DNA from: an uncultured virus (IMG/VR IMGVR_UViG_3300034066_002051)
Lineage: Duplodnaviria > Heunggongvirae > Uroviricota > Caudoviricetes
Direction: 5' to 3' (one strand)
IMG/VR virus record: IMGVR_UViG_3300034066_002051
DNA: 64,000 nucleotides
Under the pieces are notes generated by a model. It saw only the letters and a list, made by a program, of their open reading frames with translations, did no database searches and was not told the origin of the DNA. The position numbers were made by a program, and so were the translations under genes. This document shows, piece after piece, positions 1-9,859 of the stretch; positions within the stretch are counted from its first letter, which is position 1, and every line of letters starts with the position of its first letter.

Positions 1-139
1 GATTCATAGCCTCAATAGCGCCTTGGAGTTTAACTGCAAGTTCTTGACGTTGGGCTAGAGCCTGGCGAAGTTGGCCGATTTCACGGTCCAGTTTTTCTAG
101 TTGAGTGGAAAAATTTTCCTTAAGTTCTTTAGGATCCAT
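1..139 (-). CDS. hypothetical coiled-coil protein (partial, runs off window)
   Basis: ATG at 139; reads MDPKELKENFSTQLEKLDREIGQLRQALAQRQELAVKLQGAIEAMN; GTTTAAA motif at 171-177 upstream. Confidence 0.6.
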   Translation of the reverse strand, partial: MDPKELKENFSTQLEKLDREIGQLRQALAQRQELAVKLQGAIEAMN

Positions 140-207
140 GCGTAATTACTGTATGCTTGTACGTATCTATTTTAAACTGAAAATGTGATTCTTGGCAAAA
201 AATGTTA

Positions 208-480
208 TTATTGAGTTACTTTTAGTAGGTTTACCACGTCTGGGTTTGAGTCTAAAAACCGTTGGATTTTCGCCAATGTGTCCTCTGGAGATGGTTCTTT
301 ATACTCAAAATCAGCAATTTGATCTTGAGGAAATTCTTTAACCCATTCCCAGATAATAGAATCCTCTGAATAAGGGGTTGCTATTGTAAGATTCTTTCCT
401 TCATTAGTATCGGCCACTAAAACAACACCGGTTTTTTCTAGGTTTCCCCAGCTCATTGAGTGAATGTTGTATACTATCAT
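208..480 (-). CDS. hypothetical protein, possible fibre/adhesin assembly factor
   Basis: 90-aa ORF directly downstream of the adhesin gene; function inferred from position only. Confidence 0.55.
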   Translation of the reverse strand: MIVYNIHSMSWGNLEKTGVVLVADTNEGKNLTIATPYSEDSIIWEWVKEFPQDQIADFEYKEPSPEDTLAKIQRFLDSNPDVVNLLKVTQ

Positions 481-516
481 TTTCTTTATTAATACAATAT
501 TATTTAACCTATTTTA

Positions 517-2478
517 TCAAATTTGGGCATTTGCTGGTGGTAGTGATTGACTCATTAAACCAAAATCTCCTCCGGTTATAAATTTACTTCCATCCCAATG
601 TAGAACTTTTTCTAAAACTCTTACTCCGATCGCGTCAATAGATCCCCAAGTTGATAGATCGGTGCTGTATATAATTACTGTTGGATTATAACCACTTCCA
701 TCAGAAAAAATAGATTTAGTTGTTAGTAATAAATATCTTCCATTTCCAAACGCTACATCGTTAATACTTTGAGTTGTACCAACGGATCTAGTAACCCATG
801 TTATACCATCAGTACTAGTACGAACTAGTCCAGAATTTCCTACCGCAATAAATACATTATTAACAAACTTAACTCTGATAAAATTACTAGTTGTACCACT
901 AGTTCTAGATGTCCAAGTAAAACCATCTGGGGTAGTTCTAATCTGTCCTGAATCTCCAACAACAACGTAAGTATTAGCTCCCCAAGCTATACTTCTAAGA
1001 GTAGTTGTTGTGCCTGAACTTTGTGATGTCCAAGTAGAACCAGAATCTTGGCTAGTAAATGCAATACCACTAAGTCCTACCATGAGCATACTACTTGTTG
1101 TTCTTGCAGCTACTGCGTTTAATTGTGATGTTGTTCCGCTACTAGGAGAAGTCCATGTTAATCCATCAGTACTTCTTCTAACTACTCCGCCTGTCCCAAC
1201 AGCTACAAATGTAGTCCCAGAATAAGTCACTCCAAAAAATCCTATACCAGCGGTAGTGGCGACTCTAGTTGTCCATTGGGTCGTGCCAGTTGGGCTGGAT
1301 TGTATAAGTCCACCTTGTCCTCTCTCACTATAATGTACTTTTACCCAAACCGTAGGGCTGTTAGCAATACCAAGTATCTGCCAGATCCTACTGCTATCCG
1401 TTCCACGGGGATTAGTCCAGGTAGTCCCATTGGTACTTTCTAATAATTGAAATCCTGTGCCACTTCTTATAAATCTAGTACCATCCCACATAATCTGCGA
1501 GGCATTTACATGAGTATTAACAGATGTTCTAAGAGTTAAAGTAATTCCGTCAATTGTAGTATAGATATTGTTATTGCTACTGGTAATAACAAAAACTCCG
1601 GCCGCAAATTCAATTCTTATAATTGGATTAAGAGCTGCCGTAGCATTTGCCGTCCAAGTAATACCATCTGTACTTCTATACATACGTCTATCAGTACCAT
1701 TAATAGCCAAGAAGAAACTAGTTCCTCTTGCTACACCAGCAAAAGCACCACTCGCTCCACTGATTGTTGATGTCCAAATAATAGCATTTTGGCTATATAA
1801 AATAGCCCCACTACCACCTACAATGACCCCAGTTAAAGATCCATTTCTGGCAACACCATATAATGGTAGGCTAGTTCCAAGGCCCAGCTGTATCCAAGTA
1901 ATACCATCTGTACTATAGTAAGCAAGACCAGAAGTACCTACAGCAATAAATCGATCAGATAACCATTTTACTTCAAAAAATGCGCTAGTTGTTGCAAGAC
2001 TGTAATTAGTCCAAGTAACCCCTCCGTTAATACTGGTTAATATTAGACCTCTTGAACCAACTGCGACAAATCTTCCAGCTCCATTTGAAGCAATGGATCT
2101 TGGAATTGGCATATTAGAAGACGGTATTGGACGGACATCGACCGGACTAACTCTCTTTGTCCAATTAACTCTATCAGTACTTGTATATATCTGTCCATTT
2201 AAAAAACATGCAGCATATACCGCTCCAGTAGATGAATAAGCTATTCCGGTATCATCTTCGCTAATAATTGAAAGTCCCCAGGTAATGCCAGCGGATATAG
2301 AAGACTTACCATAAAAACTACTAAGGCTTATAGTCCCACTACCGATTCCAGCAAGAGTCCGTAGATCTGCGTCATTAAGAGAAGAAGTAGCAGTAGCAGA
2401 TTTTGCTAATTCTAGGTTAATTGATTGGCCGACAGTGGATCCACCGATGCTAATAGTACCGGATGCGTTAAGAGGCAT
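517..2478 (-). CDS. putative receptor-binding adhesin: short fibre-tip attachment N-terminus plus beta-propeller repeats
   Basis: N-terminus MPLNASGTISI...SLNDADLRTLAG...ISLSSFYGKS resembles phage fibre-tip adhesin N-termini; many S-T-D-G-x-T-W (BNR/Asp-box-like) repeats; starts 2 nt after the tail fibre stop. Confidence 0.7.
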   Translation of the reverse strand: MPLNASGTISIGGSTVGQSINLELAKSATATSSLNDADLRTLAGIGSGTISLSSFYGKSSISAGITWGLSIISEDDTGIAYSSTGAVYAACFLNGQIYTSTDRVNWTKRVSPVDVRPIPSSNMPIPRSIASNGAGRFVAVGSRGLILTSINGGVTWTNYSLATTSAFFEVKWLSDRFIAVGTSGLAYYSTDGITWIQLGLGTSLPLYGVARNGSLTGVIVGGSGAILYSQNAIIWTSTISGASGAFAGVARGTSFFLAINGTDRRMYRSTDGITWTANATAALNPIIRIEFAAGVFVITSSNNNIYTTIDGITLTLRTSVNTHVNASQIMWDGTRFIRSGTGFQLLESTNGTTWTNPRGTDSSRIWQILGIANSPTVWVKVHYSERGQGGLIQSSPTGTTQWTTRVATTAGIGFFGVTYSGTTFVAVGTGGVVRRSTDGLTWTSPSSGTTSQLNAVAARTTSSMLMVGLSGIAFTSQDSGSTWTSQSSGTTTTLRSIAWGANTYVVVGDSGQIRTTPDGFTWTSRTSGTTSNFIRVKFVNNVFIAVGNSGLVRTSTDGITWVTRSVGTTQSINDVAFGNGRYLLLTTKSIFSDGSGYNPTVIIYSTDLSTWGSIDAIGVRVLEKVLHWDGSKFITGGDFGLMSQSLPPANAQI

Positions 2479-2480
2479 AG

Positions 2481-5400
2481 TCAGTTACCTCCTTTGAGGT
2501 TTTCTATCTCAGACCTTAAACTCTCGATCTGCTTTTGCTGTTCTTTTATTGCTTCAATAAGCAACCCGACCATGTTGCCATAAGCAACAGACTTTATACC
2601 ATCGGAATGCTCCTGTACCACCTCTGGGAGGACCTCCTCGACTTCTTGGGCGATAACACCGCAGTGCCTTCTATCATCCTCTTGATCCGTTCTAATAAAT
2701 GTAACGCCTCTGATAGCCAGTACCTTGGCTAGAGCGTTCTCGATAGGCTGAATATCCCTCTTGAGGTTTATGTCGGAGTACGCCGTTACGTTACCCGCCG
2801 CGGTCATATTGCCACTCATATCCAAGACCCATCTATTAGCAGATGCAGACCAACCTCCGATTCTCAAGACGTTATCGGAGTCGAGACCGAAGTTTACGGC
2901 GTAAGCTCCAGCTCTATGGAAGGACATGAAAGCAGCATTGCCCCCAGTAGCATATGCTTGGAGCGGAGGACTACTCAAGGATCCAGAAGTCGCACCAAGA
3001 TTGGATTGGAAATACGTTGCTACCGTGAAAGTGCTTGAGGAATCTACTCTTGCGAAGGAACCGGAGTTTATACCATCGAGGAGGTCGGCGTCAAGTCCGC
3101 TACCAGAACCATCATTTGCGGAGTTCCAGTAATCTATCCAACCGGCGTATGCACCATTCTGAACGTTCCTTGTTCTGAGTCTATTCGCGTTATCCTCCCA
3201 TCCCCACGCGACCTGAACTCCCCAGAAGTTGCTTCCGTTTCCGTGTCTCATGTTCTGCTGGAACCACCAAGTATTCCCTGGTCCTCCGGTGCTACTGCCA
3301 GTAGAAGTATCACCACGAAGAATCGTACTTCCCGCAGGTGCTGCTTGAAAATCAGTATTCCAGTTGGAGTTGAATCCTTGGGTCGTGTTGGTACAATATC
3401 CTGATTGCAATGCAGTTGTTAGGTAAGTTCTCAAATAATCATCACTGCCATTTGTACCCCATACCCTTGACGGACTACTATTATTTCCCTCATTGCCATT
3501 TGATGAATTGATATACCCGGTCTGTAAGTATCCACTACCGTCAGTTCTTACAACTTTGTTTGCTTCGTTATTTCTTCCAGTATGTAATTGCAGTCCATCG
3601 AGCAGATCAGCATCCAGACCACTACCTGCTCCATCATTATAAGTAGTAAAGAACTCATAAGTAGTTCCATAAGTAGTACCATTTGATGCCTGAGCACTAA
3701 TGTACATTCTTGGTGTTCCATTGCGAAGTGTATGCAATGCACACATTTGAAGAACATCTCCTCCTGCATAGCCATTAATCCATAGAGTATCTGCCCATAC
3801 AGATGGAAATCCAGTCATTGCAACTCTTAATCCAACACTTTGTCCAAAATATGTTTGTGGATTTGTTTGCTGCCCTCCAATATAATATGTTGGAAGACCT
3901 GATGCAGTAGAGGCGTTACCGGTGATGTTAATCGCCCATGTGCCGGAGGCGTTTGCTCCGGTTGTACTTGGTGCCCCAATTGTATTATAACTGACGGTCA
4001 ACGCAGCTGCACCTGTGAAGTTTGAACCACTACCATTGCCTGCGCCACCATTATTAAAGGTAATGGCGTTCGGTGTTGACGCGGCTATGTTGATATTACT
4101 CAAGCCATTGAAACTAACACCATTGATCAAACGAGCCGTTGTAAGTTGTGCTGCACTGCCGGCGACATTAGCGCTTAGAGCCGAATCAGCTACCCTGGCG
4201 CTATCAACTCTGACACCATACGTATTAGAACCGTTCCAACCCATAAGAGTCGGGTAGGTGGCACTCCAAGCAACCTGGGAGTTTGTATTATTGACAGCAC
4301 CGCCATCGGGCGAGGTGCCCTGGGACGCGTCGAATATCGTGTGGTTATTACCATAGTTCTTCCAGGATAACTGGCCAACGACTATATTTCCAGCGCTATT
4401 AGTCGACCAGTTTGTCCTGAGGGAGAGCTGGTATCCGTCCCAAAGATCGGCATCTAGTCCACTACCAGCACCATCTCCTACAGAATCCCATATAGTAGCC
4501 CATCCATACCAACCATTATCCCATCCAGTTCTGTATCTCAATTTATCGCCATTTGAGGCAGTATGAGATGCGTATAATTGGAAATTATGGTTATTCGTTC
4601 TGGAAGACCAAACTTGGCCATAACTATAATTCCCTGGGCCGCCTGTTCCTCCGCTAGAGTTATAAACGCCATCAATTCTGAGTTCTAATGTGCTATCGGC
4701 AAGTTCATTCCAGTTTTGAGTGTTATTCGAAAAATCACTGACCCACCTCAAGAATCTTGTAGAATCTAATCCATCCAATAAATCAGCATCTAATCCACTA
4801 CCAGAACCGTCATTACCTGCATGCCAATAAACGCTTCCGGTATTATCAGAACTACCTTTCCATAGGTCCCCATCTGGACCCATCCATGCAACTATGCCCT
4901 GCGCTCCGTTTCCAAAAGCAGTACCATTACCACCTTTATAATAATTTAGATAACTAGCGTAGCCACCAGTCCTTGCATCAAGATGAAGGTTGCCATTTGT
5001 TGTGACTACGGACGCGTTAGTTGTATCAGCATTACCATTTCCACCGACTCTTAAAGATGCCGACCAGGTGCTATTAGGTCCGTATAAAGTGGATCCATTT
5101 CCAGAAATATTTAAATTGTCTAAGGTCGCAGAACTAGCGCTATTAGTTACGTCATAAACTGAAGCAGATGCTAAGTCAAATAATGTCTCACCATTAGCAA
5201 ATGATCCTCCACTCACAGCGTAGAAATGGGTCGAGCTGAATGTACCCGAATCACCGCACATCACAACCGAGACATACTCCTCCCAACGACCGGTGCCAGC
5301 CTGCGAAGTCACCCAAAACTGGGTTCCATTGGTGCCAATCGCGTTCGAATGATAACCAAATTGTGAACCGGCCTTTAATCTAGCTTTGAATCTACAGACT

Positions 5401-8198
5401 AAGGTTCTATTGGCAGATGTGCCTGTTGCAAAATAAAATCCTCCAAAATTTGGCGAAGTGCCATTAGAACCGCCATTATAGACAAAGCGAAGGATCTGCC
5501 TACTAGAGTTGGGGGCAGTAGAATCAGCTATACGAGAGAAACTTAATGCAGTACCACCGGCATTGTTATAGAGTGAGATGGAGTTTGTCCCACTATTAAA
5601 ATCTTCATCGGTATATAGTTTATTTCCTACGGATCCAGCAAGTAAGTATCCTAGATTGAGCGTACCATTCTGAGTTGTGTTTGCGGTATCCCAGACTCTT
5701 TGACCATTGAACTCCAAAAAGTTAAGGTTAAGGGTATTGAATATCGACGTAGAGGCGGGATCGGCGTAGAAAGCATTATCGTTCCAGTCTACAAACCTCG
5801 GCGAATAGATAAATCCATCATTGCCAATAAGCGCTACGTCTGTTCCACTACGACGGAAACGTATCACTTCTGTTGAGTTGGCGCCGGCAGCTATATAAAA
5901 ACGATTTGAGTGGTACTCAACCTTGCCCTCATCATTACCAGGATTACCTGACCAATTCTCATTGGCTTCTTCGCGGAAGTAGAGGTTGGGGGAGTTTCCA
6001 TCTGTGGAAAGATAGCGAAGTCCCCACTCTCCTGCAGTATTTAAAAATCCAATAGATGATGCTGTGTCGGCATAAACATACCCCCGCGCTGTATCGCCAT
6101 TAGTTGTAAATAAAATAGCCGCAGAACTTGAGGTACTATAGAGTCTCCATCTCCAGTTAGCATCAGAATACCAATGCATTCCAGTAGCTTCATTATAGAG
6201 ACCCTCTCCAGAGTTGTAATTACGGAACCAATTATCTGCATAGATTTCGGTACCACGTATATTTTTACCAAAGGTGTCCCACTGATAACCATCTAAAGTG
6301 TCGGCATCAAGCCCACTTCCTGAACCGTCGTTGCCCGCATGCCAAATTGCATTTGACCCAACAGTTGGATTAAATCCTAGTCTAAGTACACCGGCCTGGG
6401 TTACATCGAAAATTGCATCGGCTCTTATAGCAGAACCCCCAGTAAGACCATTTCTGAGTAGTCCGAAATTATTTGTAGAATTAGTTCCTAGGTTGCCTAT
6501 GGCCCAGGTATTTGTAGAATCTGTTAAAGCTTGTCTAGTTCTATAGAATGTTAAGGCAAATCCGTTATCCCCAAGTGGATGAACTGCCATCCCTTCAGAC
6601 CAACTATTTCCACCTGATCTAACTCTTACTGCTGGAGTAGTTCCCGTTCCTCCTAGAAAATCCACTACTCCACTGGCGCTGGTATCAGCATTAGATCTTA
6701 AAAAGCTCGTGCTATTCAAACCATCGAGTAGATCCGCGTCTAGACCACTACCAGAACCATCATTATCATTATGCCATACTGTACTCCAAGATGACCATGC
6801 ACCATCAGTGTTTCGTCTGAAGTACATATTAGCAGAGTTCCAAGGAAGCGCCACCTCTGTGTATCTTCCGCCATTTCCTATTTCTATTGTTCTATAGTTT
6901 GGAGCATTATCAGGTGGTTTAGTTCCTCCAAAAGCTCCATCATAATGATACAAACCGGGGGCTTTTTGAGTATCAAGACTAATAGTTTGAAATGTTGGTT
7001 GTAAATTGGTCGCTACAATATTTCCACTACCATCCCTACCAACAACAGTATTTGCTGTAGAAGCATTATCTACAAGATTTTCTCCGTCGAGTAAATCGGC
7101 ATCAAGTCCGCTTCCAGCACCGTCATTACCCGCATGCCATACTAGATGAGAACTATCAGTAGCATAAAAATTACCATCAGCATAAACATCAACAATTCCG
7201 CTAGTTGAAGAAAAACCAAATCTAAAATTATTGCCAGTATAAGTATAGCCATGATATCCACCACCGCCGGCCCAACTACTTGAAGAAATTGTGGCGCTCG
7301 AAAGGGCTAGTGATGACGCAGAACCACTCAATGTAGCAGTGATAGTCCCTGCGCTAAAGTTTCCAGAAGCATCTCTAGAAACAACAGTAGAGCCAGTATT
7401 TGCCGTTGTTACATTAAGTCCATCGAGTAGGTCAGCATCAAGTCCGCTTCCAGAACCATCATTGCCAGCATGCCAGATTGTGTTTCCACCGAATGTTACA
7501 TTGGAAAGTTGCCTAGAGCTATTAAGAATGTTGGTCCCAGCTACGGCGACATTGGTAATATTAAAAAGATCGATAGTAGTCGCCTGCCCATCTCTACCAA
7601 TGAAGATGGTGCTAGCTGCATCAATCGGGTAGATATTAAGACCACTTGTCCATGAAAGAAACCCCCATCTAGGATCTGCTTGGGCTGAGTTGTCAAGAAT
7701 AAGTTGTCCACCCGAGTGAGAGAGGGTCAACGCACCTGATAATGTCCCTGAGGTATCAGAACGTAGAAACTGAGTACTATTCAGTCCATCAAGGAAATCT
7801 GCGTTAAGATTGGCAATACTAGCAGTTGAGGTGATGGTCAGCGTACCATCAACTCGTAAATTTCCTTTGATGTCAACAGTCTGCCCAGCCGTGACAGTGC
7901 TTTTGCCAATCGCAACTGTGCCACCATAGGGCGCGATCTGTATCGCACCCGAGGCGTTTACGTCGAGGCTTGGAAGGCCAGAGATGTCATTGACAGAGAA
8001 GATCGACCCGGTGGTGAGATTGTTGGTGAGGCTGAAAAGTTGCCCAGCACCTCCTTCGAAGCTTATCGAGCCGGGCACCCCATCCAGTACTCTCAGAGTG
8101 ATCGGATCGTTACCATCTCCGGTGAAGACAATAGATGGAACCTGAGTAGTCGAACCCCTCTGCGGGGAGATTAAAATATTCTTATCGGATGCTGCCAT
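2481..8198 (-). CDS. long modular tail fibre with C-terminal peptidase S74 intramolecular chaperone
   Basis: 1905 aa, G/N/S/T-rich; C-terminus AYSDINLKRDIQPIENAL...GVIAQEVEEVLPEVV plus coiled coil is typical of S74 autocleaving chaperones; eight repeated linkers. Confidence 0.85.
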   Translation of the reverse strand: MAASDKNILISPQRGSTTQVPSIVFTGDGNDPITLRVLDGVPGSISFEGGAGQLFSLTNNLTTGSIFSVNDISGLPSLDVNASGAIQIAPYGGTVAIGKSTVTAGQTVDIKGNLRVDGTLTITSTASIANLNADFLDGLNSTQFLRSDTSGTLSGALTLSHSGGQLILDNSAQADPRWGFLSWTSGLNIYPIDAASTIFIGRDGQATTIDLFNITNVAVAGTNILNSSRQLSNVTFGGNTIWHAGNDGSGSGLDADLLDGLNVTTANTGSTVVSRDASGNFSAGTITATLSGSASSLALSSATISSSSWAGGGGYHGYTYTGNNFRFGFSSTSGIVDVYADGNFYATDSSHLVWHAGNDGAGSGLDADLLDGENLVDNASTANTVVGRDGSGNIVATNLQPTFQTISLDTQKAPGLYHYDGAFGGTKPPDNAPNYRTIEIGNGGRYTEVALPWNSANMYFRRNTDGAWSSWSTVWHNDNDGSGSGLDADLLDGLNSTSFLRSNADTSASGVVDFLGGTGTTPAVRVRSGGNSWSEGMAVHPLGDNGFALTFYRTRQALTDSTNTWAIGNLGTNSTNNFGLLRNGLTGGSAIRADAIFDVTQAGVLRLGFNPTVGSNAIWHAGNDGSGSGLDADTLDGYQWDTFGKNIRGTEIYADNWFRNYNSGEGLYNEATGMHWYSDANWRWRLYSTSSSAAILFTTNGDTARGYVYADTASSIGFLNTAGEWGLRYLSTDGNSPNLYFREEANENWSGNPGNDEGKVEYHSNRFYIAAGANSTEVIRFRRSGTDVALIGNDGFIYSPRFVDWNDNAFYADPASTSIFNTLNLNFLEFNGQRVWDTANTTQNGTLNLGYLLAGSVGNKLYTDEDFNSGTNSISLYNNAGGTALSFSRIADSTAPNSSRQILRFVYNGGSNGTSPNFGGFYFATGTSANRTLVCRFKARLKAGSQFGYHSNAIGTNGTQFWVTSQAGTGRWEEYVSVVMCGDSGTFSSTHFYAVSGGSFANGETLFDLASASVYDVTNSASSATLDNLNISGNGSTLYGPNSTWSASLRVGGNGNADTTNASVVTTNGNLHLDARTGGYASYLNYYKGGNGTAFGNGAQGIVAWMGPDGDLWKGSSDNTGSVYWHAGNDGSGSGLDADLLDGLDSTRFLRWVSDFSNNTQNWNELADSTLELRIDGVYNSSGGTGGPGNYSYGQVWSSRTNNHNFQLYASHTASNGDKLRYRTGWDNGWYGWATIWDSVGDGAGSGLDADLWDGYQLSLRTNWSTNSAGNIVVGQLSWKNYGNNHTIFDASQGTSPDGGAVNNTNSQVAWSATYPTLMGWNGSNTYGVRVDSARVADSALSANVAGSAAQLTTARLINGVSFNGLSNINIAASTPNAITFNNGGAGNGSGSNFTGAAALTVSYNTIGAPSTTGANASGTWAINITGNASTASGLPTYYIGGQQTNPQTYFGQSVGLRVAMTGFPSVWADTLWINGYAGGDVLQMCALHTLRNGTPRMYISAQASNGTTYGTTYEFFTTYNDGAGSGLDADLLDGLQLHTGRNNEANKVVRTDGSGYLQTGYINSSNGNEGNNSSPSRVWGTNGSDDYLRTYLTTALQSGYCTNTTQGFNSNWNTDFQAAPAGSTILRGDTSTGSSTGGPGNTWWFQQNMRHGNGSNFWGVQVAWGWEDNANRLRTRNVQNGAYAGWIDYWNSANDGSGSGLDADLLDGINSGSFARVDSSSTFTVATYFQSNLGATSGSLSSPPLQAYATGGNAAFMSFHRAGAYAVNFGLDSDNVLRIGGWSASANRWVLDMSGNMTAAGNVTAYSDINLKRDIQPIENALAKVLAIRGVTFIRTDQEDDRRHCGVIAQEVEEVLPEVVQEHSDGIKSVAYGNMVGLLIEAIKEQQKQIESLRSEIENLKGGN
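3072..7475 (-). repeat. eight dispersed 57-nt linker repeats encoding (W/F)xxxxDG(S/A)GSGLDADxxDG
   Basis: copies at 7419-7475, 7083-7139, 6720-6776, 6288-6344, 4770-4826, 4434-4490, 3594-3650, 3072-3128. Confidence 0.9.
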
Positions 8199-8235
8199 GG
8201 AGTGACACTACGCGCTATATATAGTGTCTTTAAAC

Positions 8236-8289
8236 TCAGATTCCGAAACGGCCGCGGAGAGCGGTGAAATTTTGCTGGGTTTCAAATAC
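8236..8289 (-). pseudogene. orphan LamG-family C-terminal remnant, in frame after the PA14 ORF stop
   Basis: reads VFETQQNFTALRGRFGI-TGA, matching GVEITQNFNALRGRFGI at the end of 8820..9548. Confidence 0.7.
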
Positions 8290-8820
8290 TTAAGTAAAAG
8301 CTCTCTTATCCGTAAATAAGATGTCCCTACCACCAAAATAATACCCCAAACCATTAGTAGTTTTTGTTATTCCTGGTCCGGCAAATGAAACTGTCATAAT
8401 ATCACCACCCCCCTGTTCTCCGAACATTATCCTAATTGGATAATAAACTCCTGCAGTTAATGTTACAGTTCCACTTGCCTCTACATTTCCGTGAAGACCC
8501 CCATTATTAACAGTTGAATTTGCAGTAGTATATCCAGTTAATGCATTAGAACCTATCCATAAGTGACTTGCATCATCAGAAGAAGTATAAAAAGTGTAAA
8601 TTCCTGTTGTTGGAGCAAGAAAATATCCCAACCACATCCAACTGTACGAATCAGCACTACTAGTAAAGTTATTAATTGATGTTGTTAAATTTATATCACC
8701 GTGTAATGTTGCTGTAGAAAAAAATGAAACAACATCATTGTAATAATTGACGTATCTTTTTCCCAAAAGTCCAGGTTGTAAATTGATCCAACTAGTTGTA
8801 ATACCGCAATGAACTCCCAT
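8290..8820 (-). CDS. PA14/GLEYA-like carbohydrate-binding domain protein
   Basis: WLGYFLAPTTGIYTFYTSSDDASHLWIG and LTAGVYYPIRIMFGEQGGG are PA14-type motifs, including the DD pair. Confidence 0.8.
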   Translation of the reverse strand: MGVHCGITTSWINLQPGLLGKRYVNYYNDVVSFFSTATLHGDINLTTSINNFTSSADSYSWMWLGYFLAPTTGIYTFYTSSDDASHLWIGSNALTGYTTANSTVNNGGLHGNVEASGTVTLTAGVYYPIRIMFGEQGGGDIMTVSFAGPGITKTTNGLGYYFGGRDILFTDKRAFT

Positions 8821-9548
8821 TAGATTCCAAACCTCCCTCTAAGTGCGTTAAAGTTTTGCGTGATTTCAACCCCTGTGAGGGTTCTATTATATATCTGAAT
8901 GTTAGAAACTCTACCAGCAAAGATTCTTTCCCCTCCGCCCAGATGGAATCCCCTACCCAAGTTCACATTATTCATTACACCGATAAACCCAGTTGGACTC
9001 CCGGTAGTAATTCTAGATAAACTTGTTGCGTTTCCATTATAATATGTAGTTGAGGTATTTGTTCCGCCATTATATGTAATTGCAGCGCAATGCCAGGTAT
9101 TCGCTGATAGGCCACTACTTACAACACTATGGGAATAAAATTGATTATTATCTCCTGCTATATTTGAGTAGTTCCAGGCAAGATTACCAGAACCATTCAT
9201 CTCTAGTCTTGGCCCTATATTCCCGGTAGTTCCATTATAGGAATAATTGCAATCTATCGGATTTTGGTAATTACTTACGGAAGTTGGATAGAACCAGATA
9301 ATTACTGTAAAAGAAGCAAAAGAACCTGACAATGTTCCTGAAACTGAATAGTCATCGATTCCATCAAAAACAATAGACCCGCCATTAGAGTTGTTATAAG
9401 TTGGACTATTTGTTAGGGTTCCGTTATTCCCGCTACCATTTAGATTTGTCCACGTAACTCCACTACCAGGATACGACTTAATGTTCCCCGCATCCAGGTA
9501 GAGTACTAGGCCACTCGTAACTATCTGGGGATTGTAAACAATGGCCAT
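8820..9548 (-). CDS. LamG/concanavalin A-like lectin domain virion protein
   Basis: IVTSGLVLYLDAGN N-terminus, FDGIDDY, NTWHCAAITY, IQIYNRTLT...QNFNALRGRFGI C-terminus. Confidence 0.85.
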   Translation of the reverse strand: MAIVYNPQIVTSGLVLYLDAGNIKSYPGSGVTWTNLNGSGNNGTLTNSPTYNNSNGGSIVFDGIDDYSVSGTLSGSFASFTVIIWFYPTSVSNYQNPIDCNYSYNGTTGNIGPRLEMNGSGNLAWNYSNIAGDNNQFYSHSVVSSGLSANTWHCAAITYNGGTNTSTTYYNGNATSLSRITTGSPTGFIGVMNNVNLGRGFHLGGGERIFAGRVSNIQIYNRTLTGVEITQNFNALRGRFGI

Positions 9549-9557
9549 GAACGCAGA

Positions 9558-9848
9558 TTACTCCTCAAGAGCGGGTTCTGTAGTCTCTTCAGCTGGAACC
9601 TCTACTTCCTCAGGAGTTGGTGGAGGAGTAGGATCAGTAAAGGTCACAGCGCCCACTCGGAGTTTGTTCTCTACGCCACGCAATTGTCCTTCTAGGATTT
9701 CCGCAAAATATTCCTCATCAATTGTCCCATCGGGGTTTTTTGGAATATTTACGTGGCGTTTATGCTCAAAACCTTCCTCGTTGGTGTAGAGGACCTGCAC
9801 TGAAGAATCTGAGGCAGTATATTCGCCTACTGTGTAAGTAATAGCCAT
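9558..9848 (-). CDS. small fibre-associated hypothetical protein
   Basis: 96-aa ORF with Pro/Glu-rich tail, lying between fibre genes. Confidence 0.6.
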   Translation of the reverse strand: MAITYTVGEYTASDSSVQVLYTNEEGFEHKRHVNIPKNPDGTIDEEYFAEILEGQLRGVENKLRVGAVTFTDPTPPPTPEEVEVPAEETTEPALEE

Positions 9849-9859
9849 GGGTTTACGTA

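Noticed and set aside
3072..7475. Fibre repeats as a CRISPR array, DGR template/variable pair or invertible shufflon
   Set aside because: Repeats are in-frame, same-orientation, synonymous-divergent and irregularly spaced; no adenine-specific mismatch pattern and no reverse transcriptase, Cas or invertase in the window
8204..8228. Inverted repeat GACACTA...TAGTGTC upstream of the tail fibre as a terminator
   Set aside because: No T tract in the direction of transcription, and it overlaps the putative late-promoter start region; function cannot be supported
8290..8292. Genome-wide stop-codon reassignment
   Set aside because: TAA, TAG and TGA all end well-defined genes elsewhere, long ORFs are intact in the standard code, and no suppressor tRNA was found
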